This document shows positions 36,674-36,777 of a stretch of DNA of 36,777 nt, one piece after another; within the stretch, counting starts at the first letter, position 1; every line of letters starts with the position of its first letter. Source of the stretch: Candidatus Hydrogenedentota bacterium (GTDB taxonomy: Bacteria; Hydrogenedentota; Hydrogenedentia; Hydrogenedentales; SLHB01); contig BTVY01000057.1 in assembly GCA_045863335.1 (NCBI GenBank), positions 1 to 36,777 on the forward strand, given 5' to 3'. The position numbers were made by a program, and so were the translations under genes. The notes beneath the pieces were generated by a model. The model searched no databases. It saw only the letters and a program-made list of their open reading frames with translations, and was not told the origin of the DNA.

Positions 36674-36777
36674 TGCGGACTGCGGACTGCGGATTGCGGA
36701 CTGCGGATTGCGGATTGCGGATTGCGGACTGCGGACTGCGGATTGCGGATTGCGGATTGCGGATTGCGGACTGCGGA
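36674..36777 (+). repeat. Heptanucleotide tandem repeat (TGCGGAY)n, at least 14 full units, running off the window end
   Basis: Direct reading; the last base varies C,C,T,C,T,T,T,C,C,T,T,T,T,C. Confidence 0.97.

Overview
GC-rich bacterial window. The gene content (secreted SBBP/Ig-like protein with an LP-TM-basic tail, CE15, GH106-like, sulfatase) and the repeat families tentatively suggest a Hydrogenedentes/PVC-like organism. The right two-thirds is ordinary: cysI-cysH sulfate assimilation, a small cell-wall hydrolase/peptidase cluster, a five-gene REC/HK/HDOD/HD/GGDEF signalling operon, carbohydrate-active enzymes and a terminal (TGCGGAY)n array. The left 6.4 kb is the unusual part. A REP-associated tyrosine transposase (RAYT, HUH/Y1) is bracketed by inverted 27-bp hairpins. 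Its ~200-bp downstream end carries an outward sigma70-type promoter (TTGCGC-N17-TAGTAT), an AAGGAGG Shine-Dalgarno and an ATG inside the hairpin. That end occurs twice in tandem, and each copy abuts a 5'-truncated toxin-like gene followed by a coupled immunity-like gene. This resembles an integron/AID-like cassette capture-and-expression system driven by a RAYT. The repeats and motifs are read directly from the sequence; the mechanism is inference.
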